Of a DNA stretch of 64,000 bases, positions 11,187 to 21,911 are shown in pieces. How positions within the stretch are numbered: position 1 is the stretch's first letter; each line of letters begins with the position of its first letter. The stretch comes from Escherichia coli (GTDB taxonomy: Bacteria; Pseudomonadota; Gammaproteobacteria; Enterobacterales; Enterobacteriaceae): NCBI RefSeq assembly GCF_044324785.1, contig NZ_CP172127.1; one strand, 5' to 3'. Both the position numbers and the translations under genes were made by a program. Under the pieces are notes generated by a model that saw nothing but the letters and a program-made list of their open reading frames with translations, did no database searches and was not told where the DNA came from.

Positions 11187-11879
11187 ATGAAAAATATTAA
11201 TGCAATAATTTTATTATCTTCTCTGACCTCTGCCTCAGTATTCGCTGGCGCATACGTCGAAAACAGGGAGGCATATAATCTCGCCTCCGATCAGGGCGAG
11301 GTTATGCTACGTGTGGGTTATAACTTCGATATGGGCGCGGGTATTATGTTAACCAATACCTACACCTTTCAGCGAGAAGATGAACTAAAACATGGATATA
11401 ACGAAATTGAAGGTTGGTATCCTTTATTTAAACCAACCGATAAATTAACCATCCAGCCCGGTGGCTTAATTAATGACAAGAGTATCGGTTCGGGTGGTGC
11501 CGTTTATCTGGATGTTAACTACAAATTTACTCCGTGGTTTAACCTGACGGTGCGTAATCGCTATAACCATAATAATTACAGCTCTACAGATTTGAACGGC
11601 GAATTGGATAATAACGACACCTATGAAGTTGGCACCTACTGGAACTTTAAAATAACAGAAAAATTTTCCTATACATTTGAACCACATTACTTCATGCGAG
11701 TGAATGACTTTAATAGTAGCAACGGGAAAGATCATCATTGGGAAATCACTAACACCTTCCGTTACCGTATTAATGAACACTGGCTTCCTTATTTCGAATT
11801 GCGCTGGTTAGACCGCAACGTCGAACCGTACCACCGCGAGCAAAACCAGATCCGTATCGGGACGAAGTATTTCTTCTGA
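11187..11879 (+). CDS. ompL: outer membrane porin OmpL
   Basis: ORF track starts at 11121; likely start ATG 11187 (MKNINAIILLSSLTSASVFA signal peptide), C-terminal aromatic residue typical of OM beta-barrels. Confidence 0.85.
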   Translation: MKNINAIILLSSLTSASVFAGAYVENREAYNLASDQGEVMLRVGYNFDMGAGIMLTNTYTFQREDELKHGYNEIEGWYPLFKPTDKLTIQPGGLINDKSIGSGGAVYLDVNYKFTPWFNLTVRNRYNHNNYSSTDLNGELDNNDTYEVGTYWNFKITEKFSYTFEPHYFMRVNDFNSSNGKDHHWEITNTFRYRINEHWLPYFELRWLDRNVEPYHREQNQIRIGTKYFF

Positions 11880-11885
11880 TGTGAA

Positions 11886-11966
<81 letters not shown>

Positions 11967-11969
11967 TAA

Positions 11970-13235
11970 TTAAGCTTCAGCCGCCAGCATCTCTTTCTTA
12001 CGTTGGCTAATACGCTTAACCAGCATTACGGAAACCACCGCACCACAGAATGCGAAGCAGGCCATAATGCCAAACACGATTTTGTAGCCAATAATCCCCG
12101 GATTTAAATCCAGAATGTAGCCATACAGACTGAAGCAGAACATCGCCGGGGCGTAACCAATAAAGCTACCCAACGCCATCGCCGCGCCTGTTTTATTTTC
12201 AGCAATTTTTGCTTCGCCGATAGGTGCAAAAAATACGGCTCGCTGTGTAAAGACTATCGCGCCAAAGCCCAGCGTACATGCCATCCCTAAATAGACCGGC
12301 ATACTTTCGTGCGGCAGCATAATCAACAGTACGAGCGCAGCGGTACTGATGATAAAGGTGTAACATAGATATTTACTCGGCGATTTCAGGATCTTATCTG
12401 AAATCATGCCACCAATCGGTCCACCAATCATTTTCAGACAGTATTGGTTAATGATGCCGTAAGCCCCCACCAGCGCAACGGGCAATAGATAGATGTTTTT
12501 CAGGAATGGAATGAAGAATGTCAGGCCACAGTAAACCGCGTAAACGAAGAAGACGTTGAAAGCGATAAGCCAGATAGTTTTGTCTTTCAGCACCGAGGTC
12601 ATACTGGTGTTTTTCGATGCTCCGTCTTCTTTTTTCACCTCAACGGACGGTGCCTCTTCTTTGTCATTCAGAACAAAGAAAATGATAATGCCTACGGCAA
12701 TCACAATAAGGGAATAGAACCAGATGCCTGCTTTAAAACCCAATAAGCCACTGCCAAACCAGGTAAATACTGCCAACGCAGAAAATGCCACCACGGTATC
12801 GACAATGCCACGCCCTGTTTCGAAGAAGCCAAACAACCGACCTTGTTGTTCGCTATTGCCTAATCGACTTACCGACTTGAGCAAGACCGGCCAGTTCATC
12901 ATGTCGCAAGTAACGCCAAATAGCGCCCAGACAAAGAGGATGCCCCAATACCCCGGCATTGTCGTCAAATAAACACCCAGTAATCCTGTCGCAATGAGTG
13001 AGAATGACATGGTGTATCTGCGCGGTAGTTTATCGGCAAAATAAATAGACAGAAAAAAGCCCACTGTCGTGACAAATGAGTTTACCGACATAGCATTACC
13101 AATTTGACCATTGGTCAAATGGAAATATTCCTGCATCGGGATATAAAACGCATCTTTCAGCGACGGTAATTTATAAATTGTACCGCCACACAATGTTAAT
13201 AGACTAAATAACGCCCATTTCTTTTTCGTGAGCAT
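11970..13235 (-). CDS. yihN: MFS transporter
   Basis: 421-aa ORF, hydrophobic, recognised, synteny. Confidence 0.88.
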   Translation of the reverse strand: MLTKKKWALFSLLTLCGGTIYKLPSLKDAFYIPMQEYFHLTNGQIGNAMSVNSFVTTVGFFLSIYFADKLPRRYTMSFSLIATGLLGVYLTTMPGYWGILFVWALFGVTCDMMNWPVLLKSVSRLGNSEQQGRLFGFFETGRGIVDTVVAFSALAVFTWFGSGLLGFKAGIWFYSLIVIAVGIIIFFVLNDKEEAPSVEVKKEDGASKNTSMTSVLKDKTIWLIAFNVFFVYAVYCGLTFFIPFLKNIYLLPVALVGAYGIINQYCLKMIGGPIGGMISDKILKSPSKYLCYTFIISTAALVLLIMLPHESMPVYLGMACTLGFGAIVFTQRAVFFAPIGEAKIAENKTGAAMALGSFIGYAPAMFCFSLYGYILDLNPGIIGYKIVFGIMACFAFCGAVVSVMLVKRISQRKKEMLAAEA

Positions 13236-13336
13236 AACATCCCCTAAGCGATTTTTAAAATCACTGTTTTAAAGGCAATAAGATACCGACCATTCATATC
13301 GAATGGTTTTATTAACTGCGTATGAGTTAAAACTTA

Positions 13337-14317
13337 TTAGTGGTTCAGAAGATGGTTTGCCTCTTGTTTGATTTGTTGTAGTACGTTACGCACATGATTT
13401 ATCTGATTAATTGCATCTTCTTTTTCTTTACGTAACCGCGCATCCAGTAAATGATTTTCTGGCAATGGTGTTTCACTCATCTGGCGATAAGGGATCCACG
13501 GATTATCATCTTCGTCTTCAAAGCGGAACGCCGGCGCATAGTAATCAACCTCTTCTTCCAGGCCATATGCCGTCACCTGCGGCTCATCATCACCAAGGCA
13601 GATAAGGTGCGTTAATAACGCTTTGAACGGCATATCACCCTGACCTGAAATACAGGCTTTATGACCCAGGCCACCCTGTTCTTTAACGATCAAGGCATCT
13701 TTAATATGGACCTGGGTAATATGCGGTGCCATCGTTTTTAAGGCGTCGATGGGATGCTCATTTGCATTGATCATGTTCGCAAAATCAAACAGTAAGGAAA
13801 GAGACTCCATCTCACTTTCTTTGACCAGCGACACCAGCTCATGACTTTTTAAATCTTCATGCTGCTCAATCGTAAAAGTCAGGCCGCTGTCCTGATACGT
13901 TTCCCGTACATAGGCAATGTCGTTAGCGATAATCGATAATACGTCGCGCAAATTACCTTCATAACGTGGATAAAAACGTACGGACGATGCCCCAGTTTTC
14001 AACGCAATGGCGACGGCTTCGTCAATAGATGCCTTATCTGAAGCGCTGGTTTCAATATGAATATCAAGGTTCAGACGGCGGGCTTTATCCCCAAAGGCAG
14101 AGAGTTCTTTATCGTCCATATTACCAAGAGAAAAACGCTCGCCATCCAGAACATGGATTTTGACGCCACGTAGATTATTTTCACTTGCGATATCAAGTAA
14201 ATCAGCAGGCAACACTCTTTCCAGCCGCATATTTAAATGAAAGGCATAAGCATGTAAATAAAGAGGAAGAGTGTCGACACGTTGTAGAATCTTTCTTGCG
14301 TTATTTATTGTCACCAT
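13337..14317 (-). CDS. yihM: sugar phosphate isomerase/epimerase (xylose-isomerase-like TIM barrel)
   Basis: 326-aa ORF, synteny. Confidence 0.85.
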   Translation of the reverse strand: MVTINNARKILQRVDTLPLYLHAYAFHLNMRLERVLPADLLDIASENNLRGVKIHVLDGERFSLGNMDDKELSAFGDKARRLNLDIHIETSASDKASIDEAVAIALKTGASSVRFYPRYEGNLRDVLSIIANDIAYVRETYQDSGLTFTIEQHEDLKSHELVSLVKESEMESLSLLFDFANMINANEHPIDALKTMAPHITQVHIKDALIVKEQGGLGHKACISGQGDMPFKALLTHLICLGDDEPQVTAYGLEEEVDYYAPAFRFEDEDDNPWIPYRQMSETPLPENHLLDARLRKEKEDAINQINHVRNVLQQIKQEANHLLNH

Positions 14318-14324
14318 AAAACAC

Positions 14325-15035
14325 CTACAGATTAATGATGAGGTCTACGGCCTCAAATCGCCAATATTCAATATCTATCTGGACAATATTGCCTTGCTGG
14401 TCGGCGCGATGCTTTTCAATTAAGATCGCTGGCATACCCGCAGAACCGCCAAGATACTTGCTGATATCGCCCGGCATTCTGACGGGTTTGAAAATCAATT
14501 TTTTTACTACCGTCTCTTTTTGGTAGCACTTTTCCCAGACTGCAGAAAATGAGTGGTTTTCAAGTTGTTCAATAAAACCCGGAGCAACTTCAGGATTAAT
14601 ATATGTTTCGTGATAGAAAACTTTATGTCCTTCCAGCGCCCCCCAGCCGGTGATGCGATAGAGTTCAGTTGATGGTGTCACTGCAATCAGTGGCGCGAGC
14701 GTCTCGGGAATATCGCTGGTACGGTTTTTCTCGGTAAACCCCCAGGAAGGCTCTCGTCTTTGCTCAATTGCGGCCCGCTGAAAGCTCGCTGACAGCTCCG
14801 GACTGTAATTAAATCGCGGCTGGGTCACGAACCACCCCTTACGATCCTTACGGAAGATTTTGGATTCTGCCTCGAGGTTCAACAACGCCTGGCGCAGCGT
14901 CATACGTTTAATGCCCAGCAGTTCTCCCAGCTCTCTTTCTGAAGGGAGTTTTCCACCCGGCGTGGTGATGCCATCTTTCAACCACCGATCCAGTTTCTCT
15001 TTTGCATTTTCTACGGTGGATTGATTCTCCGCCAT
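14325..15035 (-). CDS. yihL: GntR-family transcriptional regulator
   Basis: 236-aa ORF, N-terminal HTH region, synteny. Confidence 0.85.
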   Translation of the reverse strand: MAENQSTVENAKEKLDRWLKDGITTPGGKLPSERELGELLGIKRMTLRQALLNLEAESKIFRKDRKGWFVTQPRFNYSPELSASFQRAAIEQRREPSWGFTEKNRTSDIPETLAPLIAVTPSTELYRITGWGALEGHKVFYHETYINPEVAPGFIEQLENHSFSAVWEKCYQKETVVKKLIFKPVRMPGDISKYLGGSAGMPAILIEKHRADQQGNIVQIDIEYWRFEAVDLIINL

Positions 15036-15201
15036 TGTTTAATCCTTTTGGTTTAAACCAGATGAAGCATCTTACGCTTACGCCAAAAAAGAAAGCAATT
15101 AACGGTGTATGACTTTGCAGATAATTGTGACAAAGCTCTCTATTGACGTAATCACAGACTTATAAGGGAGATACTCGCATTGGTGTGCGCTCACGACAGG
15201 T

Positions 15202-15233
15202 AAAAAAAACCTGCCAGCGATGGCAGGTTTTTT
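15202..15233 (-). terminator. rho-independent terminator downstream of typA (hairpin CCTGCCA..TGGCAGG flanked by A/T runs; potentially bidirectional)
   Basis: Stem-loop plus U-tract read directly. Confidence 0.6.
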
Positions 15234-15250
15234 ATGACTGAAAAGCGAAA

Positions 15251-17074
15251 TTAATCGTCTTTCGGTGCGCGGTTGGCGCGACGACGATCGTTTTCCGTCA
15301 GGTGACGTTTACGAATACGGATAGAGGTCGGAGTCACTTCTACCAGTTCGTCATCATCGATGAACTCCAGAGCTTGTTCCAGAGTCATGCGGATAGGCGG
15401 AACCAGAACAACGGCTTCGTCAGTACCGGAAGCACGCATGTTGGTCAGTTTCTTACCGGTCAGGCAGTTTACAGTCAGGTCGTTAGAGCGGCTGTGAATA
15501 CCGATAATTTGACCTTCGTAAACTTCTGCACCGTGACCGAGGAACAGCTTACCGCGATCCTGCAGACCGAACAGCGCGAACGCTACCGCTTTACCCTGAC
15601 CGTTAGAGATCAGTACACCGTTCTGACGCTGACCCACTTCGCCCGGACGTACGTCGTCGTAGTGGCTGAAGGTGGAGTACAGCAGACCAGTACCGGAAGT
15701 CATGGTCATGAACTCAGAACGGAAGCCAATCAGACCACGGCTTGGGATCACGTAGTCGAGACGTACGCGGCCTTTACCGTCTGGATTCATGTTTTTCAGG
15801 TCGCCTTTACGTTCGCCCAGCGCCTGCATCACAGAACCCTGATGCTGTTCTTCAACGTCCAGCGTCACGTTTTCATACGGCTCTTGTTTACGACCGTCGA
15901 TTTCACGGAAGATTACTTTCGGACGGGATACCGCCAGTTCGAAACCTTCACGACGCATGTTTTCGATAAGAACAGACAGGTGCAGTTCGCCACGACCAGA
16001 AACGCGGAACGCATCGGCGTCTTCGGTTTCTTCTACGCGCAGCGCAACGTTGTGTACCAGTTCTTTGTTCAGACGATCCAGGATCTGACGAGACGTTACG
16101 AACTTACCTTCTTTACCGCAGAACGGCGAGGTGTTAACGCAGAAGAACATAGAAACGGTCGGCTCATCAACGGAGAGTGCCGGCAGCGCTTCAACGTTTT
16201 GCGTGTCGCAAACGGTGTCAGAAATGTTCAGTTCGCCCAGGCCCGTGATCGCCACGATATCGCCAGCTTCCGCCAGATCGGTTTCAATACGTTCCAGACC
16301 GAGGTGGCCCAGCACTTTACCGACTTTCGCGTTACGGGTTTTGCCTTCGCTATCGATGATAGTGACCTGTTGGTTCGGCTTCACTTTACCGCGCTTGATG
16401 CGGCCAATGCCGATAACGCCAACATAGCTGTTGTAATCGAGCTGAGAAATCTGCATCTGGAACGGACCGTCAAGGTCAACGTCCGGCGCAGGAACGTGGT
16501 CAACAATCGCCTGGTACAGCGGAGTCATGTCTTCCGCCATATCTTCGTGGTCCAGACCCGCGATACCGTTCAGCGCAGAAGCGTAAACGATCGGGAAGTC
16601 CAGCTGCTCGTCGGTCGCGTCGAGGTTAACGAACAGATCGAATACCTGATCCACAACCCAGTCAGGACGCGCGCCAGGGCGGTCAACTTTGTTGATAACA
16701 ACAATCGGCTTCAGGCCGTAAGCAAACGCTTTTTTGGTTACGAAGCGCGTTTGCGGCATCGGGCCGTCAAATGCGTCAACCACCAGCAGCACTGAGTCTA
16801 CCATGGACATTACACGTTCAACTTCACCACCGAAGTCGGCGTGCCCCGGGGTATCAACGATGTTGATACGGTAATCATTCCATTTGATAGCGGTGTTTTT
16901 CGCGAGGATGGTAATCCCACGCTCTTTCTCCAAATCGTTGGAGTCCATCACGCGCTCTTGGGTTTCGGCACGAGAGTCGAACGTACCGGATTGTTGGAGC
17001 AGCTTGTCTACCAGGGTGGTTTTACCATGGTCTACGTGCGCGATGATGGCGATATTACGCAATTTTTCGATCAC
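15251..17074 (-). CDS. typA: ribosome-associated translational GTPase BipA/TypA
   Basis: 607-aa ORF, G1 motif AHVDHGKTT, recognised. Confidence 0.95.
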   Translation of the reverse strand: MIEKLRNIAIIAHVDHGKTTLVDKLLQQSGTFDSRAETQERVMDSNDLEKERGITILAKNTAIKWNDYRINIVDTPGHADFGGEVERVMSMVDSVLLVVDAFDGPMPQTRFVTKKAFAYGLKPIVVINKVDRPGARPDWVVDQVFDLFVNLDATDEQLDFPIVYASALNGIAGLDHEDMAEDMTPLYQAIVDHVPAPDVDLDGPFQMQISQLDYNSYVGVIGIGRIKRGKVKPNQQVTIIDSEGKTRNAKVGKVLGHLGLERIETDLAEAGDIVAITGLGELNISDTVCDTQNVEALPALSVDEPTVSMFFCVNTSPFCGKEGKFVTSRQILDRLNKELVHNVALRVEETEDADAFRVSGRGELHLSVLIENMRREGFELAVSRPKVIFREIDGRKQEPYENVTLDVEEQHQGSVMQALGERKGDLKNMNPDGKGRVRLDYVIPSRGLIGFRSEFMTMTSGTGLLYSTFSHYDDVRPGEVGQRQNGVLISNGQGKAVAFALFGLQDRGKLFLGHGAEVYEGQIIGIHSRSNDLTVNCLTGKKLTNMRASGTDEAVVLVPPIRMTLEQALEFIDDDELVEVTPTSIRIRKRHLTENDRRRANRAPKDD

Positions 17075-17225
17075 AACTTTGCCTCAGGCATTAGAAATAG
17101 CGCGTTATTGTACACGGATTAATCGCACTACAAAACAGGATCACAAACATCCTCCGCAAACAAGTATTGCAGAGTCCCTTTGTGATCGCTTTCACGGAGC
17201 ATAAAAAGGGTTATCCAAAGGTCAT

Positions 17226-17274
17226 TGCACCAATATGGTGCTTAATGTTTCCATTGAAGCACTATATTGGTGCA
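17226..17274 (+). promoter_or_regulatory. two NtrC (NRI) enhancer sites upstream of glnA (TGCACCAATATGGTGC and GCACTATATTGGTGCA)
   Basis: Inverted-repeat TGCACC-N-GGTGCA-type sites read directly; established glnA regulation. Confidence 0.6.
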
Positions 17275-17346
17275 ACATTCACATCATGGTGCAGCCCTTT
17301 TGCACGATGTTAAGCATGATAACGCCTTTTAGGGGCAATTTAAAAG

Positions 17347-17363
17347 TTGGCACAGTTTTCGCT
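17347..17363 (+). promoter_or_regulatory. sigma-54 promoter glnAp2 (TGGCAC-N5-TCGCT, GG-N10-GC)
   Basis: -24/-12 elements read directly upstream of glnA. Confidence 0.7.
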
Positions 17364-17446
17364 TTATCTTTTTTACGGCGACACGGCCAAAATAATTGCA
17401 GATTTCGTTACCACGACGACCATGACCAATCCAGGAGAGTTAAAGT

Positions 17447-18856
17447 ATGTCCGCTGAACACGTACTGACGATGCTGAACGAGCACGAAGTGAAGTTTGTT
17501 GATTTGCGCTTCACCGATACCAAAGGTAAAGAACAGCACGTCACTATCCCTGCTCATCAGGTGAATGCTGAATTCTTCGAAGAAGGCAAAATGTTTGACG
17601 GCTCCTCGATTGGCGGCTGGAAAGGCATTAACGAATCCGACATGGTGCTGATGCCAGACGCATCCACCGCAGTGATTGACCCGTTCTTCGCCGATTCTAC
17701 CCTGATTATCCGTTGCGACATCCTTGAACCTGGCACCCTGCAAGGCTATGACCGTGACCCGCGCTCCATCGCGAAGCGCGCCGAAGATTACCTGCGTTCT
17801 ACTGGCATTGCCGACACCGTACTGTTCGGGCCAGAACCTGAATTCTTCCTGTTCGATGACATCCGTTTCGGATCTTCTATCTCCGGTTCCCACGTTGCTA
17901 TCGACGATATCGAAGGCGCATGGAACTCCTCCACCCAATACGAAGGTGGTAACAAAGGTCACCGTCCGGCAGTGAAAGGCGGTTACTTCCCGGTTCCGCC
18001 GGTAGACTCTGCTCAGGATATTCGTTCTGAAATGTGTCTGGTGATGGAACAGATGGGTCTGGTGGTTGAAGCCCATCACCACGAAGTAGCGACTGCTGGT
18101 CAGAACGAAGTGGCTACCCGCTTCAATACCATGACCAAAAAAGCTGACGAAATTCAGATCTACAAATACGTTGTGCACAACGTAGCGCACCGCTTCGGTA
18201 AAACCGCGACCTTTATGCCAAAACCGATGTTCGGTGATAACGGCTCCGGTATGCACTGCCACATGTCACTGTCTAAAAACGGCGTCAACCTGTTCGCGGG
18301 TGACAAATATGCAGGTCTGTCTGAACAGGCGCTGTACTACATTGGCGGCGTAATCAAACACGCTAAAGCGATTAACGCCCTGGCAAACCCGACCACCAAC
18401 TCTTACAAGCGTCTGGTGCCGGGCTACGAAGCACCGGTAATGCTGGCTTACTCTGCGCGTAACCGTTCTGCGTCTATCCGTATTCCGGTGGTTTCTTCTC
18501 CGAAAGCACGTCGTATCGAAGTACGTTTCCCGGATCCGGCGGCTAACCCGTACCTGTGCTTTGCTGCCCTGCTGATGGCCGGTCTTGATGGTATCAAGAA
18601 CAAGATCCATCCGGGCGAAGCCATGGACAAAAACCTGTATGACCTGCCGCCAGAAGAAGCGAAAGAGATCCCACAAGTTGCAGGCTCTCTGGAAGAAGCA
18701 CTGAACGAGCTGGATCTGGACCGCGAGTTCCTGAAAGCCGGTGGCGTGTTCACGGATGAAGCGATCGATGCGTACATCGCTCTGCGTCGCGAAGAAGATG
18801 ACCGCGTACGTATGACTCCGCATCCGGTAGAGTTTGAGCTGTACTACAGCGTCTAA
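17447..18856 (+). CDS. glnA: glutamine synthetase
   Basis: 469-aa ORF, recognised. Confidence 0.97.
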
Positions 18857-18916
18857 TAGTTGAAGTTGTACTACCCGGCGCAACAACGCCGGGATTTAGT
18901 TGCCGTGGAAACTTTC

Positions 18917-18943
18917 AGCCCATCTCTGCATGGGCTTTTTTCT
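18917..18943 (+). terminator. rho-independent terminator after glnA (AGCCCATCTCTGCATGGGCT + T-run)
   Basis: Hairpin plus T-tract read directly. Confidence 0.7.
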
Positions 18944-18991
18944 CCGTCAATTCTCTGATGCTTCGCGCTTTTTATCCGTAAAAAGCTATAA

Positions 18992-19008
18992 TGCACTAAA
19001 ATGGTGCA
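18992..19008 (+). promoter_or_regulatory. NtrC binding site overlapping the glnL promoter (TGCACTAAAATGGTGCA next to TATAAT)
   Basis: Palindromic NtrC-type site read directly. Confidence 0.5.
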
Positions 19009-19029
19009 ACCTGTTCAGGAGACTGCTTT

Positions 19030-20079
19030 ATGGCAACAGGCACGCAGCCCGATGCTGGGCAGATCCTCAACTCGCTGATTAACAGTATTTTGTTAATCGA
19101 TGACAACCTGGCGATCCATTACGCCAACCCCGCCGCGCAACAACTGCTCGCCCAAAGCTCCCGCAAATTGTTTGGTACACCGTTACCGGAACTGTTGAGC
19201 TACTTCTCATTAAATATCGAGCTGATGCAAGAAAGTCTGGAGGCGGGGCAAGGTTTTACCGATAACGAAGTGACGCTGGTCATCGACGGGCGCTCGCATA
19301 TCCTTTCTGTGACGGCCCAGCGTATGCCGGACGGCATGATCCTGCTGGAGATGGCACCGATGGATAACCAGCGCCGCTTAAGTCAGGAACAGCTACAGCA
19401 CGCCCAGCAGGTTGCTGCCCGTGATTTAGTGCGCGGCCTGGCACATGAGATTAAAAATCCGCTTGGCGGTTTACGTGGCGCGGCGCAGCTACTCAGCAAA
19501 GCATTACCTGACCCGTCACTACTGGAATATACCAAAGTGATTATCGAACAGGCGGACCGGCTGCGAAATCTGGTCGACCGTCTGTTGGGGCCGCAGCTGC
19601 CCGGTACGCGCGTTACCGAAAGTATTCACAAAGTAGCTGAACGCGTGGTAACGCTGGTGTCGATGGAACTGCCGGACAACGTGCGGTTGATTCGTGATTA
19701 CGATCCCAGCCTGCCGGAACTGGCGCACGACCCGGATCAAATTGAACAGGTCTTGCTGAATATTGTGCGCAATGCGCTACAGGCGCTGGGGCCGGAAGGC
19801 GGTGAAATCATTCTGCGTACCCGCACCGCGTTTCAACTGACCTTACACGGCGAACGCTACCGGCTGGCGGCGCGGATTGATGTGGAAGATAACGGGCCAG
19901 GCATTCCGCCTCATTTGCAGGATACGCTGTTTTATCCGATGGTCAGTGGCCGCGAAGGTGGCACCGGGCTTGGCTTATCCATCGCCCGTAATTTGATTGA
20001 TCAGCATTCAGGCAAAATTGAATTTACCAGTTGGCCAGGTCATACCGAGTTCTCGGTTTACCTGCCTATCAGGAAATAA
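19030..20079 (+). CDS. glnL: nitrogen regulation sensor kinase NtrB (NRII)
   Basis: 349-aa ORF, H-box HEIKNPLGG, recognised. Confidence 0.95.
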
Positions 20080-20090
20080 AGGTGACGTTT

Positions 20091-21500
20091 ATGCAACGAG
20101 GGATAGTCTGGGTAGTCGATGACGATAGTTCCATCCGTTGGGTGCTTGAACGTGCGCTCGCTGGAGCGGGTTTAACCTGTACGACATTTGAGAACGGCGC
20201 GGAAGTACTGGAGGCGCTGGCGAGCAAAACGCCGGATGTGCTGCTTTCAGATATCCGTATGCCGGGAATGGACGGGCTGGCGCTGCTCAAGCAGATTAAA
20301 CAGCGCCATCCGATGCTTCCGGTCATCATTATGACCGCACATTCCGATCTGGATGCTGCCGTCAGCGCCTATCAACAAGGGGCATTTGATTATCTGCCCA
20401 AACCGTTTGATATCGACGAAGCCGTGGCGCTGGTTGAGCGCGCCATCAGTCATTACCAGGAACAGCAGCAGCCGCGTAATGTTCAGCTTAACGGCCCAAC
20501 GACCGATATCATCGGCGAAGCGCCAGCCATGCAGGACGTGTTCCGGATTATCGGTCGGCTTTCACGTTCTTCTATTAGCGTGCTGATTAACGGCGAGTCC
20601 GGCACCGGTAAAGAACTGGTCGCTCATGCCCTTCATCGCCACAGTCCGCGAGCCAAAGCGCCATTTATCGCGCTCAATATGGCGGCTATCCCGAAGGATT
20701 TGATCGAATCCGAACTGTTTGGTCACGAGAAAGGCGCGTTTACCGGCGCGAATACCATTCGTCAGGGGCGTTTTGAACAGGCTGATGGTGGCACATTATT
20801 CCTCGATGAAATTGGCGATATGCCGCTGGATGTGCAGACGCGTTTGCTGCGCGTGCTGGCAGACGGTCAGTTTTATCGCGTTGGCGGCTATGCGCCGGTG
20901 AAAGTGGATGTGCGGATTATCGCTGCCACTCACCAGAATCTTGAACAGCGGGTGCAGGAAGGTAAGTTCCGTGAGGATCTGTTCCACCGCCTGAACGTTA
21001 TCCGCGTTCATCTGCCGCCATTGCGTGAGCGTCGGGAAGATATTCCCCGCCTGGCACGCCATTTTTTACAGGTTGCCGCGCGTGAACTGGGCGTAGAAGC
21101 GAAGTTACTGCATCCGGAAACCGAAGCCGCGCTGACGCGTCTGGCGTGGCCAGGCAACGTGCGCCAGCTGGAAAACACCTGTCGCTGGCTAACGGTGATG
21201 GCCGCCGGGCAGGAAGTGTTGATTCAGGATTTGCCCGGTGAACTGTTTGAATCAACGGTTGCGGAGAGTACTTCTCAAATGCAACCGGACAGTTGGGCGA
21301 CACTTTTAGCGCAGTGGGCAGACAGAGCGCTGCGTTCCGGTCATCAAAACCTGCTTTCCGAAGCGCAGCCTGAGCTGGAGCGGACGTTACTGACGACCGC
21401 GTTGCGACATACGCAGGGGCATAAACAGGAAGCGGCGCGGCTACTCGGCTGGGGGCGTAACACTCTGACGCGGAAGTTAAAAGAGCTGGGGATGGAGTGA
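20091..21500 (+). CDS. glnG: nitrogen regulation response regulator NtrC (NRI), sigma-54 activator
   Basis: ORF track starts at 20031; likely start ATG 20091 ([12 protein letters not shown]), 469 aa; Walker A GESGTGKE. Confidence 0.95.
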   Translation: MQRGIVWVVDDDSSIRWVLERALAGAGLTCTTFENGAEVLEALASKTPDVLLSDIRMPGMDGLALLKQIKQRHPMLPVIIMTAHSDLDAAVSAYQQGAFDYLPKPFDIDEAVALVERAISHYQEQQQPRNVQLNGPTTDIIGEAPAMQDVFRIIGRLSRSSISVLINGESGTGKELVAHALHRHSPRAKAPFIALNMAAIPKDLIESELFGHEKGAFTGANTIRQGRFEQADGGTLFLDEIGDMPLDVQTRLLRVLADGQFYRVGGYAPVKVDVRIIAATHQNLEQRVQEGKFREDLFHRLNVIRVHLPPLRERREDIPRLARHFLQVAARELGVEAKLLHPETEAALTRLAWPGNVRQLENTCRWLTVMAAGQEVLIQDLPGELFESTVAESTSQMQPDSWATLLAQWADRALRSGHQNLLSEAQPELERTLLTTALRHTQGHKQEAARLLGWGRNTLTRKLKELGME

Positions 21501-21611
21501 TTCACGGCTTGTGTGTAAAGATTGATTATTGAGCGCAAATTGCTGGTATTTTGCGCTTTACTGTTCCGATAAGTTCAGTATGATCTTGCCCGGAAAACGG
21601 GGAGAGTCATT

Positions 21612-21722
21612 ATGCTGGAATCAATAATTAATCTGGTATCGAGTGGCGCAGTTGACAGCCACACACCGCAAACTGCCGTTGCTGCCGTGCTGTGTGCCGC
21701 GATGATTGGGCTGTTTAGTTGA
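21612..21722 (+). CDS. yshB: small hydrophobic protein (36 aa) MLESIINLVSSGAVDSHTPQTAVAAVLCAAMIGLFS
   Basis: Short ORF below the track cutoff; matches my recollection of YshB between glnG and hemN. Confidence 0.5.
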   Translation: MLESIINLVSSGAVDSHTPQTAVAAVLCAAMIGLFS

Positions 21723-21755
21723 GTTTCAGATTGCTGATGAAGTGCTCTTTGTTCA

Positions 21756-21845
21756 TGCCGGATGCGGCGTGAACGCCTTATCCGGTCTACAAAAGCAATA
21801 TTTTCAACAGGTTTTGTAGGCCTGATAAGCGTAGCGCATCAGGCA
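21756..21845. repeat. REP/BIME palindromic units
   Basis: TGCCGGATGCGGCGTGAACGCCTTATCCGG and GTAGGCCTGATAAGCG..CATCAGGCA read directly. Confidence 0.8.
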
Positions 21846-21911
21846 ATCTTGTTCTCAGCACATTGATGGCGCTTTCGTTTTCTACTTTGTAAACGAAGCG
21901 CCATTCACTAT

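Noticed and set aside
15302-16795. 497-aa ORF on the + strand
   Set aside because: Lies entirely antisense to typA (strong recognisable protein on the - strand); Arg/Val/Phe-rich low-complexity translation typical of a shadow ORF.
17408-18886. 284-aa and 206-aa ORFs on the - strand
   Set aside because: Antisense to glnA; His/Arg/Val-rich shadow translations.
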